DNA of 64,000 bases from a virus (Duplodnaviria; Caudoviricetes), in IMG/VR virus record IMGVR_UViG_3300021185_003947, one strand, 5' to 3'. The notes below the pieces were generated by a model, which searched no databases, was not told the origin of the DNA, and saw nothing but the letters and a program-made list of their open reading frames with translations. Positions 1-10,204 of this stretch are shown in pieces. Position numbers and translations under genes: made by a program. Position 1 is the stretch's first letter. Each line of letters opens with the position of its first letter.

Positions 1-3000
1 GTTCGCCAAGCTTCATCGGCCCTGCGCTCTTTATAACCAAATAGCAATCCGCCATTTTGGATTTTACCAATACCACTGTCTAATGTAAATCCAGTTTTAA
101 ATATAGCACTATCTTCAAATGTAAACTGTGTAGTAGCTTTTGCTGAACCGCTATCCCCTTCACTAGCAATATTTAAATTACCACTTAATAAAATTTGTGG
201 ATTGCGAAGATTTCTATCACCAATAACAGAAAGAGGACCTTTAACTGTAAGAGATGCATCATTCTTTCTGCTTCTTGTTTTAACTTTAATTTGATCGCCG
301 ACTGCCAATCTTGTATTAGCTTCTGAATCATAAATGTGTATGAGAGAGTTAGTTACTTCTTCCCATTTCTCTCCACCAGATTCAAGTTCAATATCATTAA
401 TAAATATTTGTGTTAAACCATTTTTAATATATTCAAGAACATTAGGTGAAGTTGAATTATCAGTATCTTGAAGTCTTAGTCCACTGCGGGACGAGATTGT
501 AGATGAAGTTAAAAGATGTAAACCTCTATTAATAATGTCAATAGAATGAGTATGTGTCATCGACGGAGTACTGTCATATCCAGGAATAGATTGCTCGCGT
601 ATTTTAATTTGATTGCCATTGACCCAAGCCCAATCACCGGTAGATATTCCGTTTCCAACAGCGTTTAGCGTTCCTTTTGTTAAAGCGGTAGAATCAAATC
701 CACTAGTTAATGGGCTAGTAACATCTTTAGGAGTAACTAACATCACACTCATAAAATTTGAGTCTAGTCCAGGCGTTCCACTGATACTAAAGTCTGCTGC
801 AGATTCACCATAGGGCAGACCTGGGCTTGTCGCAGACGTCAGTATTGAATATAATACAGGATCACCATAAATTATTGAATTAGGATGTGTGATGAAATAG
901 CTATCAGCTGCATTTACAGTAAAATTAAATATGTATTCTGAATCTACTGTTACCTTAGATCCTTCAATAATACTATGTCCACCAGCGCTAAATCCAGAAT
1001 CAACTCTTACATCACCTCTAACGTATAACTTAGATCCAGGATGATCGATAGGTGCACTATCAGCGCCAATCGCCACGTTAGCATATGAGTTAAACCCAAC
1101 ACCACCAAAATAAAGAGTATGACCATCAGCGGATCTTCTCCAATGTGAACTATCATTAGCATGATGAAGAATATAGTTAGGACTAATAATAGTTTTCATA
1201 TAACCAGAATCAATAACAGAAGAAATAACTGCCGAGTCAATATTCATTCTATTTTTTACATAATCATTAGTAACAATCGTTGCAATATAGTCTTCGGTTG
1301 GCCAAGCAGCTTCGTTTCCAAGATTATTAGTAGTAATAATAGGAGATTTATGATCAATTGCAGCTTGACGTGAAGCCTTGTCTTCTGCTGGCCTAGAAGC
1401 ATAAGCAGCTGGAATATCTATTCTAGCTTTACCATCCATATCAAGCTGGAATTTCCATCTTGCATTCCCAGTTGCATCGACTTCTTCATAATCTGCAGCA
1501 TTGACATCTATATTATTTTTATTAATTACGACTGGATTTGTTCTGCCCGGGCTTTGGTCATTAATAAGCTGATTGCCACCTTTTAATGACCAGAAATTAT
1601 CAATAGAAACTCTTGCTTGAACATATGCAGAATCAAGATGATTTTCTAGAATTGGAATAAGTCCACCAGTTGGTCTTACAACAAAACTGTCAAATGACAT
1701 TCTTTCACCAGTACCAGGATTATCACCAATTGTAAATGTACTACCTGCAATAGATTGTCTAAAATGAACTGAGCCTTCTACAGTAGCGCTATCACCAACA
1801 GTTAATTTACCTAGAACATTTAAATTAGCGCTTGAAGTAGTTTTTTGTTTAGGTATGACATGAATATAATTTGCTGAGGTAGTAACTGGAGTTCCGGTAT
1901 AATCTGCGCTTAAAACTGGAACTGTTAATACATCATCTGTAAATAATTCAAATTTATTAGTATAACCAGCATCTAGTAATCCATCAGCATTTGCATCAGG
2001 TCCAACAAAATATGTATTTCCATTTAGATCTGTAAATGTTCCGCCAGTAATACCTGATAATCTAACACCATCACCTACTGTTAATCCATGAGCTGTTGAT
2101 GTAATTGTTAAATTTGTTCCGGTAGTATCAAATGCCCATGCAGCGCCTGAGACGGGTGCTGCAACTATTACAACTTCATATGATCCGGTCGGTGGGCTTG
2201 GAACAAATATAGTTTCACTTTGAGTATCAAGTGCAGTAGTACATGCTCTATCAGTAAATAACTCAAAATTATTAGCGTCAACTGCCTGAACAAAATATAC
2301 ATTATCAGCAGCAGATGTATAATTAAAGCTACTAGAAGGTCCAGCATTTCCATCAGTGAGACCACTAAATTTAACAGCTAATCCAGATCCAGCCCCACCT
2401 CCACCAGGATGCGTCAATGCAGTACCACCTCCACCGGCTGATCCAAGTAAATGCCCGCCAGCAGGTACGTTTACAACCGCCGCCGCGGCTTTGGAAACAG
2501 AAAATGCTGATGTTTGTACAGAGGGTGGAGTAACCGGGGTAGTTTTTATTACACCAGTAACAACAACTGTTGGAGCAGTTCCGGCAATATAGTCTTTAAT
2601 ATTAAGACCGCCGATGTGAAGTGTAGCACCACTATCAATATTTACATCACCATGAATATCTAATGTATAATTTCTATTAAAGCCAGAATTATAAATTGTA
2701 GAATTACCATGTGCCACCTGCGCAGTTTTACCAATCATAATATTGGTATTATTTAAACCTTTATTAACAAGAGCGCTATCAAAAAGACTTGATCCAGAAT
2801 CGTTAAAAATTGCTGGCTTCATAATCACAATGCCGTTTTCTAATCCTGTAGGGATAAACGCATTTCCACCTATGAAAGTTGTATTTTTAGCCCCACCGCC
2901 AGTTATTCCACCATATTGTGGATTTACATTATTAACTGAATGTGAATCTTTCCAACCAGCACCAATAATATAATTGTTAGTAAAATTATCATGGAAAACT

Positions 3001-6000
3001 TCGTTACTTTCACCAAATATGAAATTTTGATTTCCATTTGTATAAAGAGTATTACTTGTTCCTATTACATAAGATTTATTTGTACTTCTTACTGTAGAAG
3101 CATTTGCTAATCCGAACAAATTATCTCTACCTATAGTATAAAGATCTGTTCCACTATTCATTGAGTCTTGAATATTATTTTGGCCAAGGAATAGATTATT
3201 ATCTGTTAAAATAATATTTTCTTTACCGATAGCAATACTGTTTCTACCTTGTGTAGTGGTAGCAGTGCCTCTAAATACTATATTTCCTTGACTTCTTCTT
3301 TGTCCAACTTTATTTTTTTCGCCAAGAGATATAGAGTTTTTACCTCTAGCATAAGGTTCTTCACCCATACCTATAGAGAAGATTCCTAAATCAGAATTTA
3401 CATGCTCATCAAGTAAAACCTTACCGGCTCTAATAAGTCCAGCTCTTGAACTATACATAAACATATTATTATATGTGTTACCTGGGAAGGTTCCGGCAGA
3501 ATCAAATATAGCAGAATCTGTGGATGCATAAGTTAATAGCGTAGTTCCATCAACTTGGAAATCACCTCTAATATCAAATTCTGTATTAGGAGTCGTTTTT
3601 CCAACACCAACATTCCTTGGTGTTTCCATAAGAATAAATTCTCCATTGTCTTCAAATGGATTGCCGGCGATTGGAGACCCGCCGAGCGGATTTAATTTCA
3701 TTACGTCCCCGCCGTAAAGAATATCACCGCCTACAAATAAATTACCAGCACCTTTAACAGATGGATCAAACATATCAGATTCTCTACCAATCGATACGTT
3801 ACCACCTTGAATAGCTAAAAGATTTTCATCATCAACTTGACCCACAATATTCCGAAGTGTATTAGCCGGATCTTGACCAGCGCCTGGAGTTGCTGTTGAT
3901 GGTCTTAAACTAATATTCATGCTGTTATTAGCAACAACCTTACCGCCGCCACCAATAGCAAACGAGTTAGCTCCCTGAATAACTTGATCATGGCCTATAG
4001 CAAACGATGTATTACCAGAAACTTTATTATTAAAACCAAAAGCAAACGCCAAAGTTCCGCTAACTGAATCTAAAGCACCAAATATAAATGATGATTGTCC
4101 GTCAGCTATATTATCAATACCAATTATATTATTGTTATTGCCACCAAGCGACCTATTTCCTGCACCAATTAACAATGTGCTATTACCAGATGGTAAAGCC
4201 ATATTGTTTTTACCAAACATATAGCTTGCATTTCCAGCAGTAGTATTATTATGGCCAATCAGAACACTATTAATACCAATTGTTGTTGCAAACCCACCAC
4301 TTCGATCTGAGTTTTCAATTCCTATTAATACATTATTCCCACCTTTAACTATATTGCGCTGGCCCATAGCAATTGAATTAGTGGCGCCGGTGTTAACACT
4401 ACTACTATCACCTACAACAAAACTAAAATCACCTTTAGCTTTAACATTTTTGCCAAATGCTACGGAATAAGTACCAATATCGTTCCAGCTGTAATCGTTA
4501 TGATTTGTAAAATAGCCGCCGCGAGTTGCAGCTTTACCCGGAATAAATGAAAACCTTGAACCTTTATCTGAATCTATATCAGCTTCATCATAATTAGCTA
4601 AACCACTATATATAGTTTTTGCATCTAGATGCATTGATATCTCACCTGAAGTTTGGGGAGAATAGCCAGCATCTGTATTAAGTGGACCTTTAACTTGGAA
4701 TGGGCCACCATGTACTTCAAATCGTGCTTTAGATCTAGTAGTTCCTACACCTATTCTACCAAATCCTCCAGATGGATATGTAGCAGTAAAATCTCTTGGC
4801 TCAAAATAAGCATTATCTATATTATCAGATGTAAATAGACCGCCGCCAGTAAACGGAATTCCGTTTTGCATAAGAGAACCGGTGAAGTTAATAGTACCAT
4901 CTTTATGAACTTCAAATAAAGAGCTATCTTCAAGAGACATTGCTCTTATTAGAACTGATACATCTGAATCGTTTGCAGCATTAACACCATCTCCAGGAAA
5001 TCTTCTAATCGATGCCCCGTCTGCTTTTGATATATCACTTTTAAAATAGTTGATAGGTAAAGTAGATTGTAAATAGTGTCTACCCTGTGAGTCTTTTCCA
5101 GCGTGAGAAGCACTTATTTTTAAACCATAAAAATCTCTTGTTTGAGCTGAATCAGGAAAATATACTGAGTTAGCATCAAAATTATTTCTTAATTCAGGTC
5201 TATATTTGTAAGATCCAATTTTTACTCCGGATGCATCGATATTACCAGTTGATTTATGAACAATAAATCTATTCCATCCAGAGTCTTGCGCAACTTGTTT
5301 TGCTGTCATAAGACCATCAAAAGAAGCACCCGCCGCTAAACCGTAATAGAAAGATTGATGTTCGCCAAAATGTAATTCGCCGCCTTGAATTGAGTCGCTT
5401 AATCCTACAGTTAAAAGCGCACCAGGCACTAAAGAGTTAACTCTGAGTTTATCAAACACAGCTGGTGCATATGATATAACTTCACCGGTTGGTAAAATAG
5501 TTAATCCTGTATTTACTCCTTGTGTTGCTCCAATCCGTAATCCATTAGTTGAATCATATAAAAAGTCAGAATCGCCTTGTAAAGAAAAATCAGGTCCTAC
5601 ATGTGCAACCGCGCCTAATTTTAATGCGCCGCCCGGAACATTTAAATCTAGTTTATCAACTTTTAAATACTCAACAAAAGCAGAATCTGCTTTAAGGTAT
5701 TTGAAATATGCTGAGTCAGCTTGTAAATCTTTATTATAGAAAAGTCTATTTGTTGTCCAATAATTTTCATATTGTGTTCCGGCAGCTCCAGCCTGCCAGG
5801 TAAAAGATGCTCCAACAGGACCGCCTACTGTAATGCCTGCTCCTGATGCAAATGCAGAGTCGGCAGCATTATCAGCCACAACAATGTTTTTATCTACAAT
5901 AGTAACAGTTTCAGATTGAATTGATGTTGTTGTTCCTTGCACATTAAGATTACCAATAATATTAACATCACCCGCAACATCACCAAACGGAAATGGATCA

Positions 6001-6938
6001 ATATTAATAGTAGTTGGACCACGATATTCCGGGCTATGTGCAATACCAAAACTATGATATAAAGAATGTCCACTGTCAATTAAAGCCCCGTCAATATGGG
6101 CATAAGTTAAATGAGCAGAATCAACATCAAGTTGGCTAATATCAGCTGAATCTGCTTTAAAATGACTAATATATGCGCTATCAACATCAAGCTGACTGAT
6201 GTAGGCAGAATCACCCTTTAATCTAGAAATAAACGCAGAATCGACATCGAGCTGACTGATGTAGGCAGAATCGCCCTTTAATCTTGAAATATAGGCACTA
6301 TCAACATCTAACTGAGAAATGTATGCGGAATCGCCCTTTAATCTAGAAATAAACGCAGAGTCAACATCTAACTGACTAATATAACCACTATCAACATCAA
6401 GCCTTGAAATATACGCAGAATCGACATCAAGCTGACTAATATATGCTGAGTCTGCAGTTAGCCTTGAAATATATGCAGAGTCCACATCTAAATCAAATAT
6501 GTATGCTGAATCTGCTGTTAATCTAGAAATATAACCCGAGTCAACATCTAATTTCCATATAAACGCTGAGTCTGCAGTTAACCGTTTTAAATGGGCGCTA
6601 TCAACATCTAAATCTTTAATATGAGCTGAGTCTGCGGTTAGTCCATGGACATATAATAGATCAACTGCTTTTTCTGAGTCAAGAAGAAGAAATTTATTTC
6701 CAACTGCAATACCAGGATTTCCTGCTGACTGCAATAGAGACATAAATTTTTCGCCGCCAACTGCAGCTACTCTACTTGCTATTTGTGGAACTGCAGTTGA
6801 GTCAACGGCTGGTCCTACGCCAACATATAATGTTCCGCCTGCAATACTATCATAATATGAATATGCTAATTCACCTAGTGCTAAACTTGACGGTGCAGTT
6901 GCCGTGCCTGATCTTTTAATCTGGATTATAGATGCCAT
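1..6938 (-). CDS. Giant tail fibre/adhesin-like protein, 3' end outside the window (>2312 aa)
   Basis: ATG at 6938 reads MASIIQIKRSGTATAPSSLALGELAYSY. The frame is open wherever checked and still open at position 3; the track presumably omits it because it has no stop. It contains 10-aa DSA repeats and adhesin-head-like Gly/Asn repeats, with a TATAAATA upstream. Confidence 0.85.
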   Translation of the reverse strand, partial: MASIIQIKRSGTATAPSSLALGELAYSYYDSIAGGTLYVGVGPAVDSTAVPQIASRVAAVGGEKFMSLLQSAGNPGIAVGNKFLLLDSEKAVDLLYVHGLTADSAHIKDLDVDSAHLKRLTADSAFIWKLDVDSGYISRLTADSAYIFDLDVDSAYISRLTADSAYISQLDVDSAYISRLDVDSGYISQLDVDSAFISRLKGDSAYISQLDVDSAYISRLKGDSAYISQLDVDSAFISRLKGDSAYISQLDVDSAYISHFKADSADISQLDVDSAHLTYAHIDGALIDSGHSLYHSFGIAHSPEYRGPTTINIDPFPFGDVAGDVNIIGNLNVQGTTTSIQSETVTIVDKNIVVADNAADSAFASGAGITVGGPVGASFTWQAGAAGTQYENYWTTNRLFYNKDLQADSAYFKYLKADSAFVEYLKVDKLDLNVPGGALKLGAVAHVGPDFSLQGDSDFLYDSTNGLRIGATQGVNTGLTILPTGEVISYAPAVFDKLRVNSLVPGALLTVGLSDSIQGGELHFGEHQSFYYGLAAGASFDGLMTAKQVAQDSGWNRFIVHKSTGNIDASGVKIGSYKYRPELRNNFDANSVYFPDSAQTRDFYGLKISASHAGKDSQGRHYLQSTLPINYFKSDISKADGASIRRFPGDGVNAANDSDVSVLIRAMSLEDSSLFEVHKDGTINFTGSLMQNGIPFTGGGLFTSDNIDNAYFEPRDFTATYPSGGFGRIGVGTTRSKARFEVHGGPFQVKGPLNTDAGYSPQTSGEISMHLDAKTIYSGLANYDEADIDSDKGSRFSFIPGKAATRGGYFTNHNDYSWNDIGTYSVAFGKNVKAKGDFSFVVGDSSSVNTGATNSIAMGQRNIVKGGNNVLIGIENSDRSGGFATTIGINSVLIGHNNTTAGNASYMFGKNNMALPSGNSTLLIGAGNRSLGGNNNNIIGIDNIADGQSSFIFGALDSVSGTLAFAFGFNNKVSGNTSFAIGHDQVIQGANSFAIGGGGKVVANNSMNISLRPSTATPGAGQDPANTLRNIVGQVDDENLLAIQGGNVSIGRESDMFDPSVKGAGNLFVGGDILYGGDVMKLNPLGGSPIAGNPFEDNGEFILMETPRNVGVGKTTPNTEFDIRGDFQVDGTTLLTYASTDSAIFDSAGTFPGNTYNNMFMYSSRAGLIRAGKVLLDEHVNSDLGIFSIGMGEEPYARGKNSISLGEKNKVGQRRSQGNIVFRGTATTTQGRNSIAIGKENIILTDNNLFLGQNNIQDSMNSGTDLYTIGRDNLFGLANASTVRSTNKSYVIGTSNTLYTNGNQNFIFGESNEVFHDNFTNNYIIGAGWKDSHSVNNVNPQYGGITGGGAKNTTFIGGNAFIPTGLENGIVIMKPAIFNDSGSSLFDSALVNKGLNNTNIMIGKTAQVAHGNSTIYNSGFNRNYTLDIHGDVNIDSGATLHIGGLNIKDYIAGTAPTVVVTGVIKTTPVTPPSVQTSAFSVSKAAAAVVNVPAGGHLLGSAGGGGTALTHPGGGGAGSGLAVKFSGLTDGNAGPSSSFNYTSAADNVYFVQAVDANNFELFTDRACTTALDTQSETIFVPSPPTGSYEVVIVAAPVSGAAWAFDTTGTNLTITSTAHGLTVGDGVRLSGITGGTFTDLNGNTYFVGPDANADGLLDAGYTNKFELFTDDVLTVPVLSADYTGTPVTTSANYIHVIPKQKTTSSANLNVLGKLTVGDSATVEGSVHFRQSIAGSTFTIGDNPGTGERMSFDSFVVRPTGGLIPILENHLDSAYVQARVSIDNFWSLKGGNQLINDQSPGRTNPVVINKNNIDVNAADYEEVDATGNARWKFQLDMDGKARIDIPAAYASRPAEDKASRQAAIDHKSPIITTNNLGNEAAWPTEDYIATIVTNDYVKNRMNIDSAVISSVIDSGYMKTIISPNYILHHANDSSHWRRSADGHTLYFGGVGFNSYANVAIGADSAPIDHPGSKLYVRGDVRVDSGFSAGGHSIIEGSKVTVDSEYIFNFTVNAADSYFITHPNSIIYGDPVLYSILTSATSPGLPYGESAADFSISGTPGLDSNFMSVMLVTPKDVTSPLTSGFDSTALTKGTLNAVGNGISTGDWAWVNGNQIKIREQSIPGYDSTPSMTHTHSIDIINRGLHLLTSSTISSRSGLRLQDTDNSTSPNVLEYIKNGLTQIFINDIELESGGEKWEEVTNSLIHIYDSEANTRLAVGDQIKVKTRSRKNDASLTVKGPLSVIGDRNLRNPQILLSGNLNIASEGDSGSAKATTQFTFEDSAIFKTGFTLDSGIGKIQNGGLLFGYKERRADEAWR
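6093..6638 (-). repeat. Coding tandem repeat, 18 x 30 nt (10 aa, [DV/TA/KG]DSA[YFH]IS[RQ]L), with a 60-nt super-period
   Basis: Translated by hand, e.g. DVDSAYISRL-KGDSAYISQL-DVDSAFISRL; consecutive 60-nt lines align. Confidence 0.92.
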
Positions 6939-6977
6939 GAAATAAACAACCTATCTAAATGCTTTATTATTTAATCT

Positions 6978-6985
6978 TATTTATA
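6978..6985 (-). promoter_or_regulatory. T4-type late promoter TATAAATA for the giant fibre gene
   Basis: Exact consensus in the intergenic gap, about 40 nt upstream of the ATG. Confidence 0.7.
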
Positions 6986-6990
6986 TGATT

Positions 6991-7227
6991 TTAGAAGGTA
7001 TCTCCACCATCTATTATTTGTGCCTTTAAGTGGCTTGTAGCTGTCCATTTTTCGGTTACACCATCAAATGCAATCATTGTTCCTTCTGGTATTTGACCAG
7101 CTGCAATAGCAGTATCACTTACATCTCTAAGACTATTTCTAATTCTAATTTCTTTAATTGCCGGAATTGGAGTTCCAACTTTAATATTTTTAACGATTGT
7201 ACGATTTGATGTTATTTTAATTGCCAT
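6991..7227 (-). CDS. Small tail-fibre-associated protein
   Basis: 78-aa ORF in the late fibre operon, ending IIDGGDTF. Confidence 0.6.
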   Translation of the reverse strand: MAIKITSNRTIVKNIKVGTPIPAIKEIRIRNSLRDVSDTAIAAGQIPEGTMIAFDGVTEKWTATSHLKAQIIDGGDTF

Positions 7228-7236
7228 ATCGTTATC

Positions 7237-7626
7237 CTATGTTGTTACTTGAGGAGAAAGTGTTAATTTTCCTTCTAGTATTCTTTCAACTACACCTAAT
7301 CCTGTATTACTATCTGTTCCTTCTAACTCAACATCATACACGTATCTACCAGCTTTCATACGGGTTGTTTGTGCATTTGTTAATGATAGTTGTAAAATAT
7401 TTTCTTGATTAAGTGGGTTAAATGCTGTAACGTTAAATAATTCAGCTGAATCTGTAGAATTATAGCTTTTTTTAATCTTACCTCTCATAAGATAATATGA
7501 TCCAAACGAACCAGCATCTGAATCCCAATTGATTAAAAGTTTCCTACTTCCATCAGGATTAAATAATTCAAGTTGGATAGTAACGTCTGATCCTTGGTCG
7601 ATTGTTAAGTCTTCGTAGTGTGCCAT
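7237..7626 (-). CDS. Virion adaptor-like protein (BppU N-terminal-like)
   Basis: LTIDQGSD...LSLTNAQT..MKAGRYVYDVE motifs; start placed at the ATG after a GAGG RBS; TATAAATA at 7651-7658. Confidence 0.6.
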   Translation of the reverse strand: MAHYEDLTIDQGSDVTIQLELFNPDGSRKLLINWDSDAGSFGSYYLMRGKIKKSYNSTDSAELFNVTAFNPLNQENILQLSLTNAQTTRMKAGRYVYDVELEGTDSNTGLGVVERILEGKLTLSPQVTT

Positions 7627-7743
7627 ACCCACCTCTTATCTATTTTACTGTATTTATAATGCTTTACACATGTAGGTGCAAGCAGAATAATGATCTATTC
7701 TGCTATTTATATATTTTTATTTTCAAAAAGTTGAAAATAGTCC

Positions 7744-7772
7744 TTTACAATCGCTCAAAAATGTGTTATAAA
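7744..7772 (+). promoter_or_regulatory. Sigma70-like early promoter TTTACA-N17-TATAAA
   Basis: Matches the early promoter family at 49-62 kb; followed by the RBS AAAGGAGA. Confidence 0.75.
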
Positions 7773-7796
7773 GGTATTAACAAAGGAGACTACCAA

Positions 7797-8318
7797 ATGG
7801 AACAGATCATTTCAAACTTAGAAAATGTCTTTACCGATCTCGATAAAAAATTCACCGAAGGGCAAATCGAATGGGCCTTAGGACGGAAAGTAGCTCTTAA
7901 AGAATGGCGGATGGATAACATCCTCGGACATCATTATGGTGCAAAAGTAAATAAAGGTTACAAAAATTGGGGTAGAGATAGCTGGGGTTTCTACGAAGAA
8001 ATGTTTCGGATTTGCGGCGGTAAAGGTCACTATAACACAATCACTCAAAATAACAATGCAGGAATTACTCAGATATTTGAAAAGAACTGCAAAAAAACAA
8101 TTGAAGCAAGAAATGCTAAAGTAGCTAAAAAGCTGGAAAAATTCGGTATCACAGAAGTTAAAGACTCAAATATTTCTAAAACCTCAGATGGTTTTCACGG
8201 CGTCTTTAATGTAGAAACAGACAAAGGAAACAAGCGGATTGAAATCGATACAATCTTAGCTGGCGGATATAACATCCAATGTCTTCACCTTCGTACTCTA
8301 GTAAAAATGAAGAAATGA
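7797..8318 (+). CDS. Hypothetical early protein (173 aa; the track start at 7602 is too far upstream)
   Basis: Promoter and RBS directly precede the ATG at 7797 (MEQIISNL). Confidence 0.75.
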   Translation: MEQIISNLENVFTDLDKKFTEGQIEWALGRKVALKEWRMDNILGHHYGAKVNKGYKNWGRDSWGFYEEMFRICGGKGHYNTITQNNNAGITQIFEKNCKKTIEARNAKVAKKLEKFGITEVKDSNISKTSDGFHGVFNVETDKGNKRIEIDTILAGGYNIQCLHLRTLVKMKK

Positions 8319-8348
8319 AAAGAGGAGTTTTATAATGCAAGTTGTAAT

Positions 8349-8374
8349 AAAGAGCTCTCAGGAGCTCTTTTTTT
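8349..8374 (+). terminator. Intrinsic terminator between convergent genes
   Basis: AAAGAGCTC-TCAG-GAGCTCTTT hairpin followed by a T run. Confidence 0.7.
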
Positions 8375-8933
8375 GTTTAATAAAAATATCGACTGGAACA
8401 GCTAGTCTAAGATTAGAGTGATATGTTTTTACTAGATGATAAACATATCCTGGCATAATTATCACATCACTAGTTTTAGGTGCGTACTCAATAGGTTTAA
8501 ACATTTCAGTGGTTTTACCAAAATAACCTCTGTTAGCATTTGCTCTTGGATCGTACGCTACTAGCTCTCCACCTTTATCAATATCATCAGCAAGAACATA
8601 AAATACTGCAGCAAACTGAGCTCCGGAATGATTATGAATATTCATTGAATATCCCTTTTGAGATCCTGTTAACCAAGAACTAAATTCATAAGACATATCG
8701 TTTAAATCACTATTAAATACTTCTTTAAAAAATTCTGAATATTTTTCTATAGCCAAATCTTTTAATAATGGAATTTTATCTGTCAGTGTACCGCTGTCGT
8801 ATTCAGCCTGTGGTTTCATAATATTAGTACTAAGTAAAATCTCTTGAACTAATTCTTCGCATTGGTCTGAAGTAATTTGAGTTTTGTATATTGGTGTGGA
8901 CCAACACTGATTAATACCCGATTTCAACATCAT
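8358..8933 (-). CDS. Putative 2OG-Fe(II) oxygenase (HxH...H type)
   Basis: HNHSGAQFAAVFYV...GGELVAYDP...PGYVYHLV...RLAV double-stranded beta-helix motifs. Confidence 0.75.
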   Translation of the reverse strand: MMLKSGINQCWSTPIYKTQITSDQCEELVQEILLSTNIMKPQAEYDSGTLTDKIPLLKDLAIEKYSEFFKEVFNSDLNDMSYEFSSWLTGSQKGYSMNIHNHSGAQFAAVFYVLADDIDKGGELVAYDPRANANRGYFGKTTEMFKPIEYAPKTSDVIIMPGYVYHLVKTYHSNLRLAVPVDIFIKQKKSS

Positions 8934-9315
8934 AATATCCTTTTATGTCACGAACCATACCATGAATTACCATCAGTGGCCAATCTATATTGTTGAGTAT
9001 ACTATCGTATATTTCTTTACTATTTTTATATGTTTTAAAATATGGATCATTACCAGCTAAAAGCATTGGATCATTTAACAAATCATAAAAATCTTCATTG
9101 AAGTCTTTACTAATCCAATAAGCATAGCATATTGCTACAACATAACTCTTGGCTGGATATAGCCATTCATCTACTTTTTCATTAAAGTGTCGAATAGCAT
9201 TTTTAATAATAACCTCTTGATTATCATCAAAAACTATTTCTACTTTATTTAAATCATCTGTATGATCTTTATTTAATCTATGGTAAACTTCTTGTTTAAC
9301 TTGCCATTCTTTCAT
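8911..9315 (-). CDS. Hypothetical protein in the radical SAM cluster
   Basis: 134-aa ORF overlapping both neighbours; no recognisable motif. Confidence 0.7.
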   Translation of the reverse strand: MKEWQVKQEVYHRLNKDHTDDLNKVEIVFDDNQEVIIKNAIRHFNEKVDEWLYPAKSYVVAICYAYWISKDFNEDFYDLLNDPMLLAGNDPYFKTYKNSKEIYDSILNNIDWPLMVIHGMVRDIKGYYDVEIGY

Positions 9316-10204
9316 GATACCAATCCAATAATCCTCTATATCCGTTACAGCTATTATTTAAATCTTTGACATATCGATAATGCTCTGTTAAGCAGTTTCC
9401 AAAATACTTACATGAAGCACATATAGGACTTATCATTTCTTCTTTTTCTTTATTTGTCCAATCAATGTATTGTTCCCAAGAATCCAATTCAAGAAAGAAT
9501 TCTTTATCCTCTTCATCAAATTCCAAGACACCAAATTTGCCAGAAGGAGTGATGTATATATGATCATCCGAAAATGCATTGTATCTTCCTTTCATTGATT
9601 CTATAATTCTGTCTTCATTTACAAATTCAAACTTCATAGTGTCTTTTAATTTAAGCCACTTTATAACAAAATCTTCAAAGTCTTTGTGTGTCACATTGTG
9701 AGCATTTGCTTGATTAATTGAATATGGTTTAATCTCAACAGATGTAATTGACGAACACATATTCAACATATTAATCATTTCAGATACATCTTTTTCTAAC
9801 ACCTTTGGAGAAGCTAAAACCAAAACTGCAATAGGTACTGTACTCATTAACATATTATTAAATACAAGTTCAGACTTTTCTCTTGCTTCAAAATCATATG
9901 AAACAGAAAGATATACATCATCATCAAAAAAGCCTGGATGCATCATAGAATAATTTGTGTTGATGCTAATTTTACCTGAATAGTATTTTTTTATAACATC
10001 TTTAATGCCATAAAAATATGACTTTTTCATTGCGCCAACTTCGCCGCCGTATAAGTCAATATGTTCAATATTATGTACCTGAGATAGCAATATGTCTAGT
10101 TTATTGAACGAAATTTGTTTTTGATCTCCAAGTTGCTTAGTAGATAGGTAACAAAAATCACATCTAAAATTACAAAAATATGAAGGATTGATCGATACGA
10201 TCAT
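9296..10204 (-). CDS. Radical SAM protein with a Cys-rich SPASM/twitch-like C-terminus
   Basis: CNFRCDFC (CxxxCxxC), GGE motif, C-terminal CASCKYFGNC...C. Confidence 0.88.
   Translation of the reverse strand: MIVSINPSYFCNFRCDFCYLSTKQLGDQKQISFNKLDILLSQVHNIEHIDLYGGEVGAMKKSYFYGIKDVIKKYYSGKISINTNYSMMHPGFFDDDVYLSVSYDFEAREKSELVFNNMLMSTVPIAVLVLASPKVLEKDVSEMINMLNMCSSITSVEIKPYSINQANAHNVTHKDFEDFVIKWLKLKDTMKFEFVNEDRIIESMKGRYNAFSDDHIYITPSGKFGVLEFDEEDKEFFLELDSWEQYIDWTNKEKEEMISPICASCKYFGNCLTEHYRYVKDLNNSCNGYRGLLDWYHERMAS

Noticed and set aside
613-6079. Short track ORFs (613, 1161, 2168, 2356, 2743, 4653, 5894)
   Set aside because: All lie inside or opposite the single long minus-strand fibre frame.
6093-6638. 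CRISPR-like array of 30-nt repeats
   Set aside because: No unique spacers; units are contiguous, in frame and vary mostly at synonymous sites, so this is a coding repeat.
7602-7796. N-terminal extension of the 7602-8318 ORF
   Set aside because: It spans promoters and AT-rich intergenic DNA; the promoter and RBS point to the ATG at 7797.
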